NCBI RefSeq assembly: GCF_009914755.1
Contig: NC_060944.1
Length of the DNA stretch: 64,000 nucleotides
Source: the human T2T-CHM13v2.0 reference genome, Homo sapiens
Strand: one strand, 5' to 3'
Under the pieces are notes generated by a model. It was not told the origin of the DNA, searched no databases, and saw only the letters and a list, made by a program, of their open reading frames with translations. Below are positions 46,290 to 59,600 of the stretch, one piece after another. Numbering within the stretch: the stretch's first letter is position 1; the number at the start of each line of letters is the position of its first letter. The position numbers were made by a program, and so were the translations under genes.

Positions 46290-46700
46290 CAAAACATCAA
46301 AAAACCTTAGGTGGCATCTACTAAAACATATGTGTATAAACCTTATGACCAAGCAATTCTAATTCAGGTGGATACTCAAGAACACTACGTAATTAGAGCA
46401 TCAAAACACACACATACTGTAATGTTCACAGAAGCACTATTCCTATCTCCAAAGCTGAAAGGGTCCAAATGCTTATAAACAGAAGGTTGGATAGATACAT
46501 TTTGCATTTCCATACTATGGGATACTATGCAGCAGGGAGAATAAGTCAATCAGTGCTACCCACCACAAAATAAATGATGCTCTCAAACATCATGTTGAAC
46601 AAAAGAAGCCACAACCAAGTATACCCTCTCTGTGAATTCATTCATATAAAATACACAAGCAGGCAAAATTAATATATGTTGTTGAGCATCAAAACAGGAG
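46290..46700 (+). mobile_element. Old L1ME-type fragment
   Basis: tatgaccaagcaattc...aatgttcacagaagcactattc...gttgaacaaaagaagcca. Confidence 0.65.
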
Positions 46701-47099
46701 TTCCTATTCCAAGTCAGATCTTCCACTAGGATTTCATAAGTAATGATATATGCTTTGGGGTTAAATTATTTCTGTCTCTTTTAAGCTGTAATTATTCCTG
46801 GGAGGTTGATAACATGATTCTATAATTCATTATTACTTTAATATGGATTAGGTACCAACATTGACAGAAGGCCTCCTATTAGAGCTCCTAGCTCTGCTAG
46901 GAACTATAGATACAGAAGCGAACAAGTCAGAATCCCTGTCCCGCTGATTGGACAATGCCTAAAGCAAACCTTGAAATCATATATTAATTTATATAGATTT
47001 TGATTGCTGCCCATTCACTTCTGAACCAGTTGCAGAGGGCTGGACATATGAGATTATACTCATTTGCTTATGCTCAAACCTTAGGAGTAATACTCCCTT

Positions 47100-47400
47100 A
47101 CTTTGAGTTTCCCAAAAACCTACCCTGAAAACAAAGAGTTAAGTGAAAGTAGCTTATCGTGGAGACAATTCTGGAAAACACTAGTGCAGGAGTGAGGTAT
47201 GAGGGAGGAAAGACAAGTCTGAGGGGTGAGGGAGCTGGAGTGTTTATCCAACTACTCCTCTGAGTCATTAGTTTCAGACTGGTATTACAGAACATTACTT
47301 CTCTCCAATTACCTATGTGACAAAGAAAAGTCAAAGGAAACTCTCAGAAAAAGAAATGCAAAAACTGCCAGCTGGAAGTCAGGCCAAATACAATTTTCAG
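47100..47400 (-). mobile_element. Ancient ERVL LTR fragment (LTR16/LTR33-like)
   Basis: gggtgagggagctggagtgtttatcca and similarity to the 31-kb element. Confidence 0.45.
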
Positions 47401-47853
47401 CAAAAGGACCAGAACCCAGAGTACATACTATAAGCATAGAGATCGGGTTTCGGTATCCTCCATCGGCTACAACTACCCAAAAAGAGGCAGTTCCTCAAAT
47501 AAACGCATAGGTCCAGGTGAGAAGGGAAAAGAGACAAAATGAATTTCAGGTAGGCACTCAAACCAGTGTCTACTGCACACTCAAACCAGGAGTCAGACAT
47601 CAAACAATGAAATAATCAAAAGTGAAAACAACATACTGTTGCTTATCTCTGGGTCCTCTCCAAGGATGGCCAACCTGGGTGTCTACACTCATCTCTGGAC
47701 AGCTCACTTTCCAATTCCCTGGTTAATGCTTAGAAAGAAAGTAACCCTACAATCTTCCCCACTGGGCGATTTGAACCCGAAATAATTTCCTTGAGTGCAG
47801 AAATCCAAACTTCATCTTGCCCGACAGGTGTCCCTGCAGCCTGTGTGATTCTT

Positions 47854-47872
47854 CCACCAGTAGGGGGCACAC
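47854..47872 (+). promoter_or_regulatory. Candidate CTCF binding site
   Basis: ccagtagggggcac (47857-47870) fits the core CCRSYAGRKGGCRS in non-repeat sequence. Confidence 0.5.
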
Positions 47873-48265
47873 TCTCTCACAAGGCAGCCTCTTCCATCAC
47901 CAGAAAGTCTTCCTTATTCTGTAGCTCTGGCATGATCATAAAATCTGCATCCCCATGACTTCCATCATGCTCCCCTCTGTTGCCCTCTGGCCCATTGCTC
48001 CCTCCTGGGCCTGTCCTAGACTCCAGTTCCACCTCTGTAGTGTCACTCAGCCATATCCACAAGTGCCTTGGACCAGACATTGTTTTCACAGCATGGTAGG
48101 GGATGGGTAGATTTTTCTTTCATTCAGTCTCTACAGATGCTTTACAGATGAGCTCAATGAGGCTCAGAAAGGTTAAGTAACTGGGCCAGGATCATAGACT
48201 GACTAGTGAGAGAAGTGAGGTTCAAACACAGATTATCTGACTCCAATATAACCCACTGAGTATCT

Positions 48266-48366
48266 GGGGTGGGGGTGTGGTGTGGGTGGTGTGCATGTGT
48301 ATGTATGAGTGTGAGTGTGCATGCATGCATAGTGTGCATGTGTGTGTATGTGTATGTGTGTATGTG
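48266..48366. repeat. GT-rich / (TG)(CATG) low-complexity tract
   Basis: Seen directly. Confidence 0.8.
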
Positions 48367-49904
48367 GCTTCTCACTATCCCCCACACTACCACCCCCAAG
48401 TCCATTGAGTATCTCTCCATTTTCCACACCTATCCCTGACTACCTCATGCAATGAGATTAACCTCCACATCGGCAGCCCTTGAATCTTTCACCTTCCCCC
48501 AGCATCAAAATACACTTCTTTGGGGTCTCAGCCTCCAGAGTCTGTGCCTGCCCACCAAAAGGGCAATGGGTTCTCCCAATGAAGCAATGAAGGCCTGTGT
48601 GATAAATGACTGTGATTTCTCTCCAGGTTTTAACTTACCCTCAGATAATGCCTTCATGCAGAGACACAGCTGGGGTGGGAATTTCTGTCACTGGAGTAGG
48701 TGTAGGAGAATTGGGGGTTCCTTTGGAGATTTGTGGTGCAACCCAAATAACATCATATAACACATCCCACCTACTCAACCTATAGGCTGAGATCCCACTT
48801 AAAGGGATGGTAGTTTGCCCTAAGGAGCCACAGCTACCAGGCTGCAATGAAGCCCTGAATGCCCTCAGTGCACTGGGGTATACATTAGAGCCCCCCTGCC
48901 ATGATGTTTGGGATTCAGTGTGCCCCTTCTTTTTAAGTCACAAAACAGTCCCATCCCTGCTCTTGTAGATTCCCCAGACAGATATCACAGACCAGTTGTT
49001 TCCTGACAGAATTTTCCTCCTCCTTGGAAATCAGTGCAGAAGGGAAGAAGCAGAGCTATTTCCATAAGACAGTGCTTGTTTTTGTGAAAAAGAGTAAGGA
49101 GTTTTAGTCACACAGGGGCCTGTTCAAAGCTGGGCTCTGTCTTAAACTAATGGGACAATGTGCTAGTTTCTCAAACTCTGAGTCTAAAGTCCCATGTATA
49201 AAAGAGAATAACCCTCACCAGCTCACAGGTTGCTATGAGGATTAAATGTTATGATACCTATGGATGTTCCATGCATGCTGTAATACTCAAAGTTGCTTTT
49301 CTTTTCCTGTTATAAAAGCAAGTCCCCACTTTCCTTCTGGTACAGAAAGAAAGGGCATTTCAAAATTAAGGGTTCTCTCTCTCTCTCTCTCATATTTTTA
49401 AAAGTAATGTATGAGACAGGAATACAGTCCTTCCTTGGCAGAGACAGCTAGTGACAGCCATGTGTTTTATCAGGGCAAAGAACTCCCCAGTTTCCCAGGC
49501 ATGTTCTTTACATTGTTCTTAACTGTTGTTCATTTTTGTGCTGTATCTTCCAGTTCACAATCTACCAGACTCCATGGCAAAATCTGCCTTCACTCCTGCC
49601 AAAAATGATCATTTTCTCCTTCTTTGCTTCCCAATCGACTTTCCTATTCATTCCTGATGTCACTTGAAAACTTAGCTGCCCTCCCTCATCTATGAGTCTT
49701 AAGTTCAGCCTCCTACTGCTATGATTTTTCTTCAGCATCTGGGTTGCTTAACTTACTGCTGCCAGGGGGGATACAGATGTGCAGCAGATGCCAGGCTAAG
49801 TGGAAAGAGTGTGTCAAATGGAAAATGTATTCAGGTTGCCGTATGGATGGTAGAATGCTGGTTTTTTTCCAGACCTCTGGCTCTGGAACTTTGCAGAAAG
49901 TTAA

Positions 49905-51010
49905 GATTTTTTGAACATCTTATTGAAGCATAACATACAAGCAGAAAAAAATATGTATATATCACAAATGTGATATATATCATATATGATATATATCATA
50001 GCTTGATGAATTTTCAGTCTAAGCACACGTGTGTAACCACTATCCAAACCAAGTAAGAAAACATGACTAGAGCTCTATTCACCCACCACTGTCATTTCCC
50101 CAAGGATAAGCACTATTCTGACTTCTTAACAAAATACTTTCCATCATCAGTATATGCAGGGAATTGGCTCCAGGACTCCAGGGAATATCAAACTCCACAT
50201 GTACCCAAGTCCTGCAGTCAGCTTTGCAGAACACACCTATACAAAAAGTTGACCTTCTGTACACATGGGGTTGGCATCCCAGGAATACCGTATTTTTATC
50301 TGCATTTGTTTGAAAAAAAAATCTATTGTATAAGTTGACCCATGCAGTTCAAACCTGTGTTGTTTAAGGGTAAACTGTAAATTTGTTTTTGAATTTTGTA
50401 TGAATAAAATTCTCCATGATATACTCTGTTCTGTCTGGCTTCTTTCACTGAATATTATGTTTGTAAGATATAGTCATACTGCTGCATGTCATAGTTGTTC
50501 ATATTTTCTCATTGCTGCGTGTAGTTCTATTGTATAAATATGCCACTATCCATTTCATCGTTAAAAAACATTTGGAATATCTCCAGAGTGAGGCTTTTAA
50601 GAAAAGCTCTGCTACGAAGATTCTTGTGCACGTCTTATATTGCATATGTGTGTTCTCTTGGGTACATACCTAGAAGTAGAATTGCTGGATTATAGGGTAT
50701 CCATATACTAAACTTTAGTAAACTACCAGTTTCCAAAATGGTTAGACCATTTTATGCTCCCACCATCATAGGATGAGAGTTTCAGATGCTCTGTGTCCTC
50801 ATCAACACCTGGTATTGTCTATGGTGTTTTGATTTTGCCTTATCTTCTTATTTGTTTTTTGGCATTCTAGTGGATGTGTAATTGTACCTCGTTATGGTTT
50901 TATTTGGCATTTTCCAAATGATGAATGAAGTTGAGCACATTTTACACATATTTATTGGCCATTTGTGTATCCCTTTTGTAAAGTGCCTATTAAAGTGTTT
51001 CATATATTTT
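49905..51010 (-). mobile_element. Old L1M (MC/ME-type) 3' portion
   Basis: tattgaagcataacataca...tacctagaagtagaattgctgg...tttattggccatttg. Confidence 0.78.
50137..50377. mobile_element. MER8-like Tigger MITE
   Basis: ggaattggctccaggac...gttcaaacctgtgttgtttaagggtaaactg; TA on both flanks. Confidence 0.8.
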
Positions 51011-51731
51011 TAAACTTTTTAATACTGTATTTTTAAAGTTTTTTATTAATTAAAAGATTTAAGTTTTTATGTAAGACTAGAATTGGAGAGTTGGTCACAC
51101 TTTAATGGACTTTTCTATCACTTGTCCTGATTTTATAATAACTATAAATGTCTCCAGTTATCCCTAATGGCATCTCAAATTGTCAGAAATTTCTCCAAGC
51201 AATTTACTTTTATTCAAATGTGCACTCTATAGCACTTTTAGAAACCATGGATGGATATTCAGAAACCTAGTTTTTGTTATTTTATTTTACTGAATAGCTC
51301 TGTGACCACAGGCAAAGATTTCATTCTTCTTTAGTCTTAGTATCCCCACCTGAAAAATGAAAAGGCTGAATTTGAGATCGTCCATCTCTAATATTCTATA
51401 ACATACTAATAAGTACGTTACTTGGAAGGGCAAGGAACAGGGTAAAAGAGATACTATGAAACTTAAAGAATTCCCATAAGCTTGGTAACCCTTGCTCTTG
51501 AATGAAAAATCTGCAAAACATTCTAAACCTCAATTTCAAAATTTCTTCCATCTTCTTTCATGTCTTAAATTTTACCCAAATTGTGTTTTCCACGCTAGGA
51601 GAAATATTGTATCAAAGCTCTAGTTATCCTTCTCTTCTTCAAAATTTTTTTCTTTACTGCAAACAGTAACTGGATCAGAATTGCCACTCTCCTCAAAATA
51701 AAGCAGCTCAGTATGGTTTGGTTTTGTTTTG

Positions 51732-51733
<2 letters not shown>

Positions 51734-51767
<34 letters not shown>
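51734..51767. repeat. (TG)n(CG)n microsatellite
   Basis: Seen directly. Confidence 0.93.
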
Positions 51768-52059
51768 CTGAAATGGAGGCAAAGAAAAAAAAATAAAACA
51801 CTTATCTTGCATGACCTAACCATAGAACCCTGGACCAGCCTACTGCACCTATCCTACTTTCTATATACTTTTGCTTCCTTGAACAGATCCTTCTAAGCAC
51901 TCAAAAGTAAAATGGGTGTCACTAACCTGAAATCCACAGTCCACATTTTCTCTCTCCCCTTCCTCAATAGTGGCTTAACTTCAGCTGCCCGATGGTGAAC
52001 TGTTGTATCCCCACCTTAACTGGAAGATTTTACAAAATAGCATTTAAAAAGTCTTTACA

Positions 52060-53620
52060 ACTTCAGTGAAATGAAAGATTTCATATAACAAGACACAAAA
52101 TGCCATAAGCATAGGGGAAGTGATTAATAAATTAGACAATGTTTAAAAGAAGAAGCACGTTCATCAAAAGACACCATCAGAGAAAGAAAAGGCAAAGCAT
52201 AGAGGGAAAAGGATATTTGATACATGGATAACCAACAAAGGACTTGTGGCTAGATTATTGTTTTCTAAAACCTTACAAATCAGTGAGAAAAGATAGACAA
52301 CCCAATAGAGAATAAGCAGGACCTGTGAACAAACACTTTAAAAAGAAGATAAATAAACTTATAAACAGATGCACCCTCGGTAGTAATCAGGGAAATGCAT
52401 ATTAATACCTCCGTGAGATGCTACTATATGGACACCAGACTCATCATTACTTAAACATGCAAAAATATTGAATGTTGGAGAGGGTATGGAACAATGTAAA
52501 TTCTTATACTTGCTAGTGGGAGTGTAAATTGGGACATCTACCTTTTTACGGGCAGTAAGACACAGTCTAATAGAATTAAAGATATATATAATCTGTGTGT
52601 GACTCAGTAATTGTACTGCTAACGCATAGCCTACAGAATTGCATACATATGTGCATCAAGATACATGTACTAATTTATAAGTGCATCATTCACAAGAGCA
52701 AAAAGCAAGAAACAATCTAAATATCAATCAATGGTATGAGGTTTAGATAAATTATTATATATTCATCCAGTAGAATACTGTAAGTAATGAAAATGAATGA
52801 CTACAGCTATACAGAATGAGTTGAATGAACCTTCAAAACCCCATGTCAATAAAGGAAACCAAATGCAAAACAATACATGCCATTTGATTCAATCAATATA
52901 AAGTTCAAAAAAAGGCAAAACTTCTGGGCATAGTGTCTCATGCCTGGAATTCCAGCACTTTGGGAGGCCAAGCCAGGCAGATCACCTTAGGTCAGGAGTT
53001 CAGTTGGAGACCAGCCTGGCCAACAAGGTGAAACCCCATCTTTACTAAAAATACAAAAATTAGCTGGGCGTAGTGGCAGGTGCCTGTAATCCCAGCTACT
53101 CAGGGGGCTGAGGCAGGAGAATCTCTTGTAGCTGGGCATAGTGGCAGGTGCCTGTAATCCCAGCTACTCAGGGGGCTGAGGCAGGAGAATCTCTTGTAGC
53201 TGGGCATAGTGGCAGGTGCCTGTAATCCCAGCTACTCAAGAGGCTGAGGCAGGAGAATCTCTTGAATCTGGGAGGCGGAGGTAGCAGTGAGCTGAGATTG
53301 CACCAGTGTACTCCAGCATGGGCAACAGAGCAAGACTCTGTCAAAAAAAAAAAAAGGCAAAACTAAACTATATTATTTGTGGATTATTAAAAATATAAAG
53401 AAAAGCATATAAATGATTGCTTTAACCCTAGAATAGAGGTTACCTCTAGGGGAAGGAGGAAGAGAGATGTGTACTCACAGTTTCTGGTTTGCTGATAGCA
53501 TTCTGATTCTTGATGTGGTGGTAGTTCACAGATGTAACCTTCACAACAAATTCTTACACAATATAATGATGTTTTAGGAAATTTTTGATATATGTTTTAT
53601 TTTACAATATAAAAATAAAA
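52060..53620 (+). mobile_element. Old L1ME-type 3' portion
   Basis: gttcatcaaaagacaccat...tagtaatcagggaaatgca...gtgggagtgtaaattgg. Confidence 0.75.
52923..53348 (+). mobile_element. AluS with internal 68-bp triplication (53061-53264)
   Basis: TSD aaaaaaaggcaaaact at 52907-52922 and 53349-53364. Confidence 0.93.
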
Positions 53621-55079
53621 TAATGTGTGTCAATACCTGGCACATAGTAAATGCTCAATACATAATCAATTATTATCATAAATATATAATAATTGTATTT
53701 TTAAAGTACTTTGCATTTTACAAAGTGTTTTTCATGAAAAACAGGCATTGTTATTATTCCTGTTTCACAGATGAAAAACTAAGGCTTATTCTTGCCACAA
53801 CGCAGCTAACCAAGAAGGAACACAGCTGGAAGCACAGCTCGGGTCTGCTGCTTTCAAATCCCATCTCTCTTCTAGGCTTTCCTACCTGCCATGTTGTTTA
53901 ACCAAGGAAAATGAGCCAACAGCCTGATATGCAAAATCTCATTCATAACAGTGTTTGTTTAGCTGTGTGACTTGAGTCAAATGTCCGTGTGTGTGTGTGT
54001 GTAAGCCTTGGTTTTCCCTTGGGTCAAAGGTGTATGCAGGCTTCCTATTTGCTATAGAACCCAAAGTGACAGAAACAAACACATGTTGTGAGGTATAAAA
54101 TGCTAAACATACTCAGTGAGTGCTGCTTTGATGTGCTTTTATCTATACTTTGAGTCTGAGCTTATTTTAATACTCAGTGTAAAACCAACATTGATGTTAA
54201 CAGTTTCTCACTCTTCCTCCCAATGCTCCCACCTATCCACCACCAAAAGAAATAAATAATAAGGAGCCTGGTCTAATTGATGAGTTGAACATCAGGACCA
54301 ATTATAACCAGACTGCACAGGACCAACACAGCCAAGTGTAACTGTAAACAATAGAAAGCATACATCTTTTCCTCACTGAAAGTTGATAAAAAGCATTTTC
54401 CCATTACATCCGTTGGAGAGAAGTTAAAGTGCACAAACTGGGAAATTAAGCTTATTTTCAGGCTGTTTTAACCGAAAACAATCTCTAGGCCTATCTCACA
54501 TGTCTTCTGACAGGAGGGCATCCACTAGGAAGATTACGTCTATTATCAAGGTGAGCAATGAACTTTCCATTTACATTAGACTTTTATAATCTGATGAAAG
54601 AAAGGTACATTTATCTAGTCTTTTAAAAAGGAAAAGGAAACCCTACAAATCTGTCCATTATACCTGCCGAGAATCTAAAGTGAGGTCAAGACAAAAGCAG
54701 ATTACTTTTGATAGTGTTAATAAGAGTTTATTGCAAGGCCTGTGAGCCAGATCTCCCTCTGTGGATTTCTGAATGGCTTTAGGAGCTGGGCTATTCTTAG
54801 AGTAATGAGAAAGAGCCTTATCTCACTCTATAGGAAATTCAAAGATCCCCATGGCTTCAGAAGCCTTACTGATGCACTTTAGCAAAACTGAAAGCTAGGG
54901 TGGTTACTATCACAAATTCATGTACAATATTAGGGATATAAAAAACCCTAAGAGGCATAGGCATGCAGTTCCCAATATGGTATATTAATAACAGCACCCC
55001 ATAAAACCCTAATGGGACTGTGGCTGTTGCTATGACTAAATTTCGTTTTGAGGCAGTATTAGCAGTAGTATTATTAGTA

Positions 55080-55480
55080 AGTTAGGGTTATTGGTTTTCA
55101 GTATCAGACACTGACTCTAATTTAGATAACAGGGAATATATTGGAAAATTATTGAGGGCTCAAAGAATTAGTGAGTGGTTGGGTTTGGGAAGAAGTGGGA
55201 ACCAAGAGAGTGACAGAGAACAGGACTCAGGCAGCAAAGCAACAGTCTCCTTGTCTATTGCAATAAGAAAACCCTAGTCAGGTAGGGTACCATCTTTATT
55301 ATGTATGACCTATAGTCACTGTGTTCTTGGGTGACTGGATCAAGGTGTGAAGTTCTAGGAAAGATCATCTGATTGGCTAAGCTCAGATCATAGGTAACCT
55401 CCCTTCCCACAAAATAAACTTATATAGGGGACAAAAGCAGATGGAATATGACCCATTTCAGCTTCAGCAGTGGGCATGGA
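55080..55480 (-). mobile_element. Old MaLR LTR (MLT1-type)
   Basis: gttagggttattggttttcag...catctgattggctaagctcagatca. Confidence 0.5.
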
Positions 55481-56115
55481 GTACCTGAAAATTTCTCTGC
55501 CACCAAGGCTACATAAGACGTCTCACTGAAAGTTCACTAAAGCCTCGATTTTTTGTCTGACTCAAATCCTCAGATAAAAAAGTCTTGAAAAAGACCTTGA
55601 TTGCCGTTCCTGGAAGAGACACACTAACTGTCCCTATGTCTGTCCCTCAGTTCCCAGTCTCACATTCTTCACTAAATATAAACATACTTTATTTTTACTC
55701 TTAGATAATGAATGTTTTGAGGGCAGAGCATGCATCTTCATAAGAAGCCCAGAAGATGCTTGGCTTGTGAATGTTTTCTCTGAATTGCTGGTGAGTGGAA
55801 ACAGTGGGTCCCCACTGGACTTTTGCCAGGCACTGCTTCAGAAGGCTTCCCCAGACTGATGAAAGGATGCACATGGATGGCCCGGGGCCCAGCCCGTGGT
55901 TGGGATCACGGGTTGTTTAGTGTTAAAATCCAGTTTTTATGCACTGGCGCATGAAGGAAAAATGAATCATTTAACCCCCTCAACCCCTCTTTGTCCCCTC
56001 AGCTCGTGACTCCATCCACCACCATCAAGATTGAGAGCACTACATAATGATGGGAGTGCCTGAAGCCACGTCTAAGGGTTTGCTTTAGGCTTCATCCTCT
56101 TTGTACTTCTGTCCC

Positions 56116-56143
56116 ATTATCATCATCATCATCATCATCATCA
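56116..56143. repeat. (ATC)n microsatellite
   Basis: Seen directly. Confidence 0.9.
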
Positions 56144-56359
56144 CTAAATGGTTTTCTTCTTCTTAAAGACATGCAGCAAGCACTCAATTAATGTCCACTA
56201 TGAACAACATTCTATGCCAGATACTAGGCTAAGCATTTTAACATGAATTATCCAATTTAATCCTCATAATGACTACATTAGGCAAGAACTCCTACCATTT
56301 GTGACTGGTTTGACAGAGGAGCCCAGCTTTTTCTTGTTTTTCACTATCTGCTTTTTTGG

Positions 56360-56600
56360 AGAGGTATGGCAGAGTGAGGATAGAAAGTGCAAATTCAGGA
56401 GCCAGCTTGAGTTCCAATCTCACTCCCAGTGCTTACTCTCTATGTGACCTTGGATCAGATACTTAACTTCTCTGTGCTTCAGCTTGTTCTTCTATAAATG
56501 GAGATAGTAATAGTTCATACTTTATAACAGTATGTGTTAAATGAGCAAAAGCACTCAGAAAATTCCCAGTGTATTACAAGTATTCAATAAATGTTTAGAG
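56360..56600 (+). mobile_element. MIR
   Basis: tgtgaccttggatcagatacttaacttctctgtgcttcag. Confidence 0.8.
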
Positions 56601-59600
56601 TGGCCATGTCAACCTTCCTCACATCTACTTAACTCCACACCTCATGCCCCAGTCTCCCCTATCCTGAAAAGATTCCGATGGCCTGTAACTGCAACCCAGT
56701 TCTGGCCAGTAGAGACCAAAATGGGTTTGTGAAGTAGCCCATCTCATCAGGAAAGCCCGTATTCACTTTCACCTTCACAAAAAGCACAAGGAAATCCCTT
56801 AGGATGTTTCAGATGTCCTCTCCATAACATTACAGTATTTTTGTTCATTCTCCCTCGTCAGCACCTGTCTAGAGAATGGCTATTTTCGATTACAGATTTG
56901 ATGTCTTAAGCTTGCTTTATTTACTTTTTATTATAAATTTGACTGCTTAGGATTTTCTGTTCTTAATTTCAGACATTTATATCTCATTTTCTTTATGAGA
57001 AAATCTAGGAATTATAGGTTTAATGCCATGGTAAGTAATATTAAAATAAATAGCAAGGCATGAATTGGTAAATTAAAACATCTAATAATTGGATTGGAGA
57101 AATACAAAAACTCTGGATTCAGTGAACCAGCACCAGTCTAATTTAAATGTCTAATTAAAAGTTATTTGGAGGCACAGCATACACGAACTGCATTGCTGTC
57201 TTCAATGACTGGGAATGAAGCTTGGTAACCAGAAGAAAAATTGGAATTGCATGAAGAAATGGGAATGGAGTGTAATATTTAATCAGAGTACTCCATTTTT
57301 ATCAAGGCCTGTCCGACTCTACATTCCATTACCACTTCATTAAAAAATATGCTGTCCCCGGTGCTGAAACTGCTGTACTTGTTTAACAGCAGAGCAACCA
57401 AGCTTCAAGCCAGAAAAGGAAGTAGCAATGCCCCAGATGGAGGCAGGAGCTTTTGTTAGCTAAAGCACTATTTATCCAAAGTTGCTGGAGAGCTATGGAA
57501 GAAGAAAAAGAAGAAGGTTTGTGATTAGGCAAGTCTAGATTGGAAGTGATTTGACAAGAACAAGCCTGCCAGTCTGCAAGCTGATTCATACAGAGGGCTA
57601 TTCATAGCACAGGGCTATTTAACACATTGTCAAATATGACATTCTAGAAATATAGCATGATCATTTGTACAAATAGCTAATGAACAGTGACATATTTAGA
57701 TTGCCTACATAGAGGTGGCAGAGTACATGCAGCTAGGCAAAAAGAACTCCATCATCGTATAGCAAAAACAGAAAATGTCCAAAATAAAACTCTAAAATTA
57801 GATTTGTCTCCAGAGACTTACCAATTCTGGCACTACCAATTTGTCACTGCTACCTTTATCTCTCTGCTTTATTGTCTATAATATGGGATAACAACTGTGT
57901 CTACTTTTTGGCCTTGTGTGAAAATCAAATTGATATTAAGTAGGTTAAGATATATAATGCAATTAGGACAGTAACCAAGAAAGAACTAAGTCCTTAATAA
58001 ACATATATTGCTATAAGTATTGGTAATATATCAATGACAGGTATTTTTCCCAACTAACAGCATGTGAAGTATAAGCGTTTGTATAAATATTACCAAAGCA
58101 AAACCTGAATGCTAAGCTGAACTTTTATTTACAGTGTTAATTACACGATGCTTTTATTTCTGTAGAATGGACAATAGAGTTTCTTCCCCTAAAGATGTTT
58201 CCCATTTTTAAGAGGTCAAAAGTTGGCTCCATTTTTTCAAAAACCTCTTACTTTTCTTTCCTTCTACTTTCTTAATGTCCTCAATTTAGTTCATTCATTC
58301 ATTCCTTTATTTTAAAAATCTCCTATATCAAGCCCCCTTAATAAACTAGGCACTGTGCTAGACTAGATTTCTAAAAGAAGCCAATCAAGGAACTTGAAGG
58401 TCCTCTGTCATTAATAACAAGAGCTACTGTAAACACACAACCTATAGTACATTTGTACATTAGCAAACACCCACCCCACTCCCCACATACACACATTAAA
58501 CAGGTTTTCATTATTATCCCATGTTACAGGTGAGGAAACTGAGGCTTAAAAGAGGGAGGATCTGCCTTAGGCACTGTGCCATAAGGGCTGGGGGCAATGA
58601 CTAATCTGTACTCACACCTCACTGTTGAGTAGCCCACGTTTACCGAGGTGCTGACCTCTTCCTACCTCCCCTTTATCAGGACTGTGTAAAGAAAACAATT
58701 CGGGATAATTTAGAGACTAAGATCTCCTAGTGAAATACAAAGTTCCATCTTCTCCCCACTTCCTGCAGACACTGTCAATAGAGCATGAACTAAGAAAAAT
58801 CTCTGCAGTCAAAATGCGGTGAGCGCAGCAGATGAATTACCTCTTATCTTTAGTTCTGCTTCCCTTCCTAGTGAATAAATGAGTAAATCAATATATCCCT
58901 AGGTCATATGCACCTCCTTTTACTCCAAGCAAGTGTTTGTGTTTTGTTTTGTTAAAAAAAAAAAAAACTAAGCCACCTAAAGCCATTTTCACAGTTTACC
59001 ATCTAACAAAACACAGCAGTGGTAATTAAAACAATCTGGGGCTAGGGAAAGATGGAAGGAAAATCTGTCACCACCGAGACTATCAAGGAGAAAAAAGAGT
59101 CCTGGGGAGCGAAGCAGAAACATTGACAATTTGTTAGATCTAACCCCAGAGTGACGCACAGTGAAAGGATGAGGCAGAGATTGTTGCTACAGGAAATGTC
59201 AGCTTTATGTGAGAAGCCCGTGGAAGAACACTGAATAGGTACTCATAGTTTTCATCTTCTGCCAAGTCCAGGAAAGGACTGGGTTTTCTTTGTACAAATA
59301 GGAATTAACTCTCTGTCTTTATTTTCGTAGACTAGTTTTGGAAAGGAATAACCATTCTAGTATACTCACGCTGTGTCAGCTTAAAGTCAAGTGTTAAAGA
59401 GAAAGTCAACCCATATCCTAACTTTAAATTATTTTAAGTTTTGGTTTAACTTAATTTTAAGAATGCTGTCTTTCAAGTTCACAGTTAGTTTCCTTTTTCT
59501 TGTTCTGAGATAGTTCACCAAACTCCCCACCCCACTGGCTGAATTCACTCAGACCTCTCTCTGGGGTAAAATTGTTCAGTAGCTTTCAGCCTCCAACCCG

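Noticed and set aside
53061-53264. CRISPR-like array
   Set aside because: Direct tandem Alu sequence with no unique spacers.
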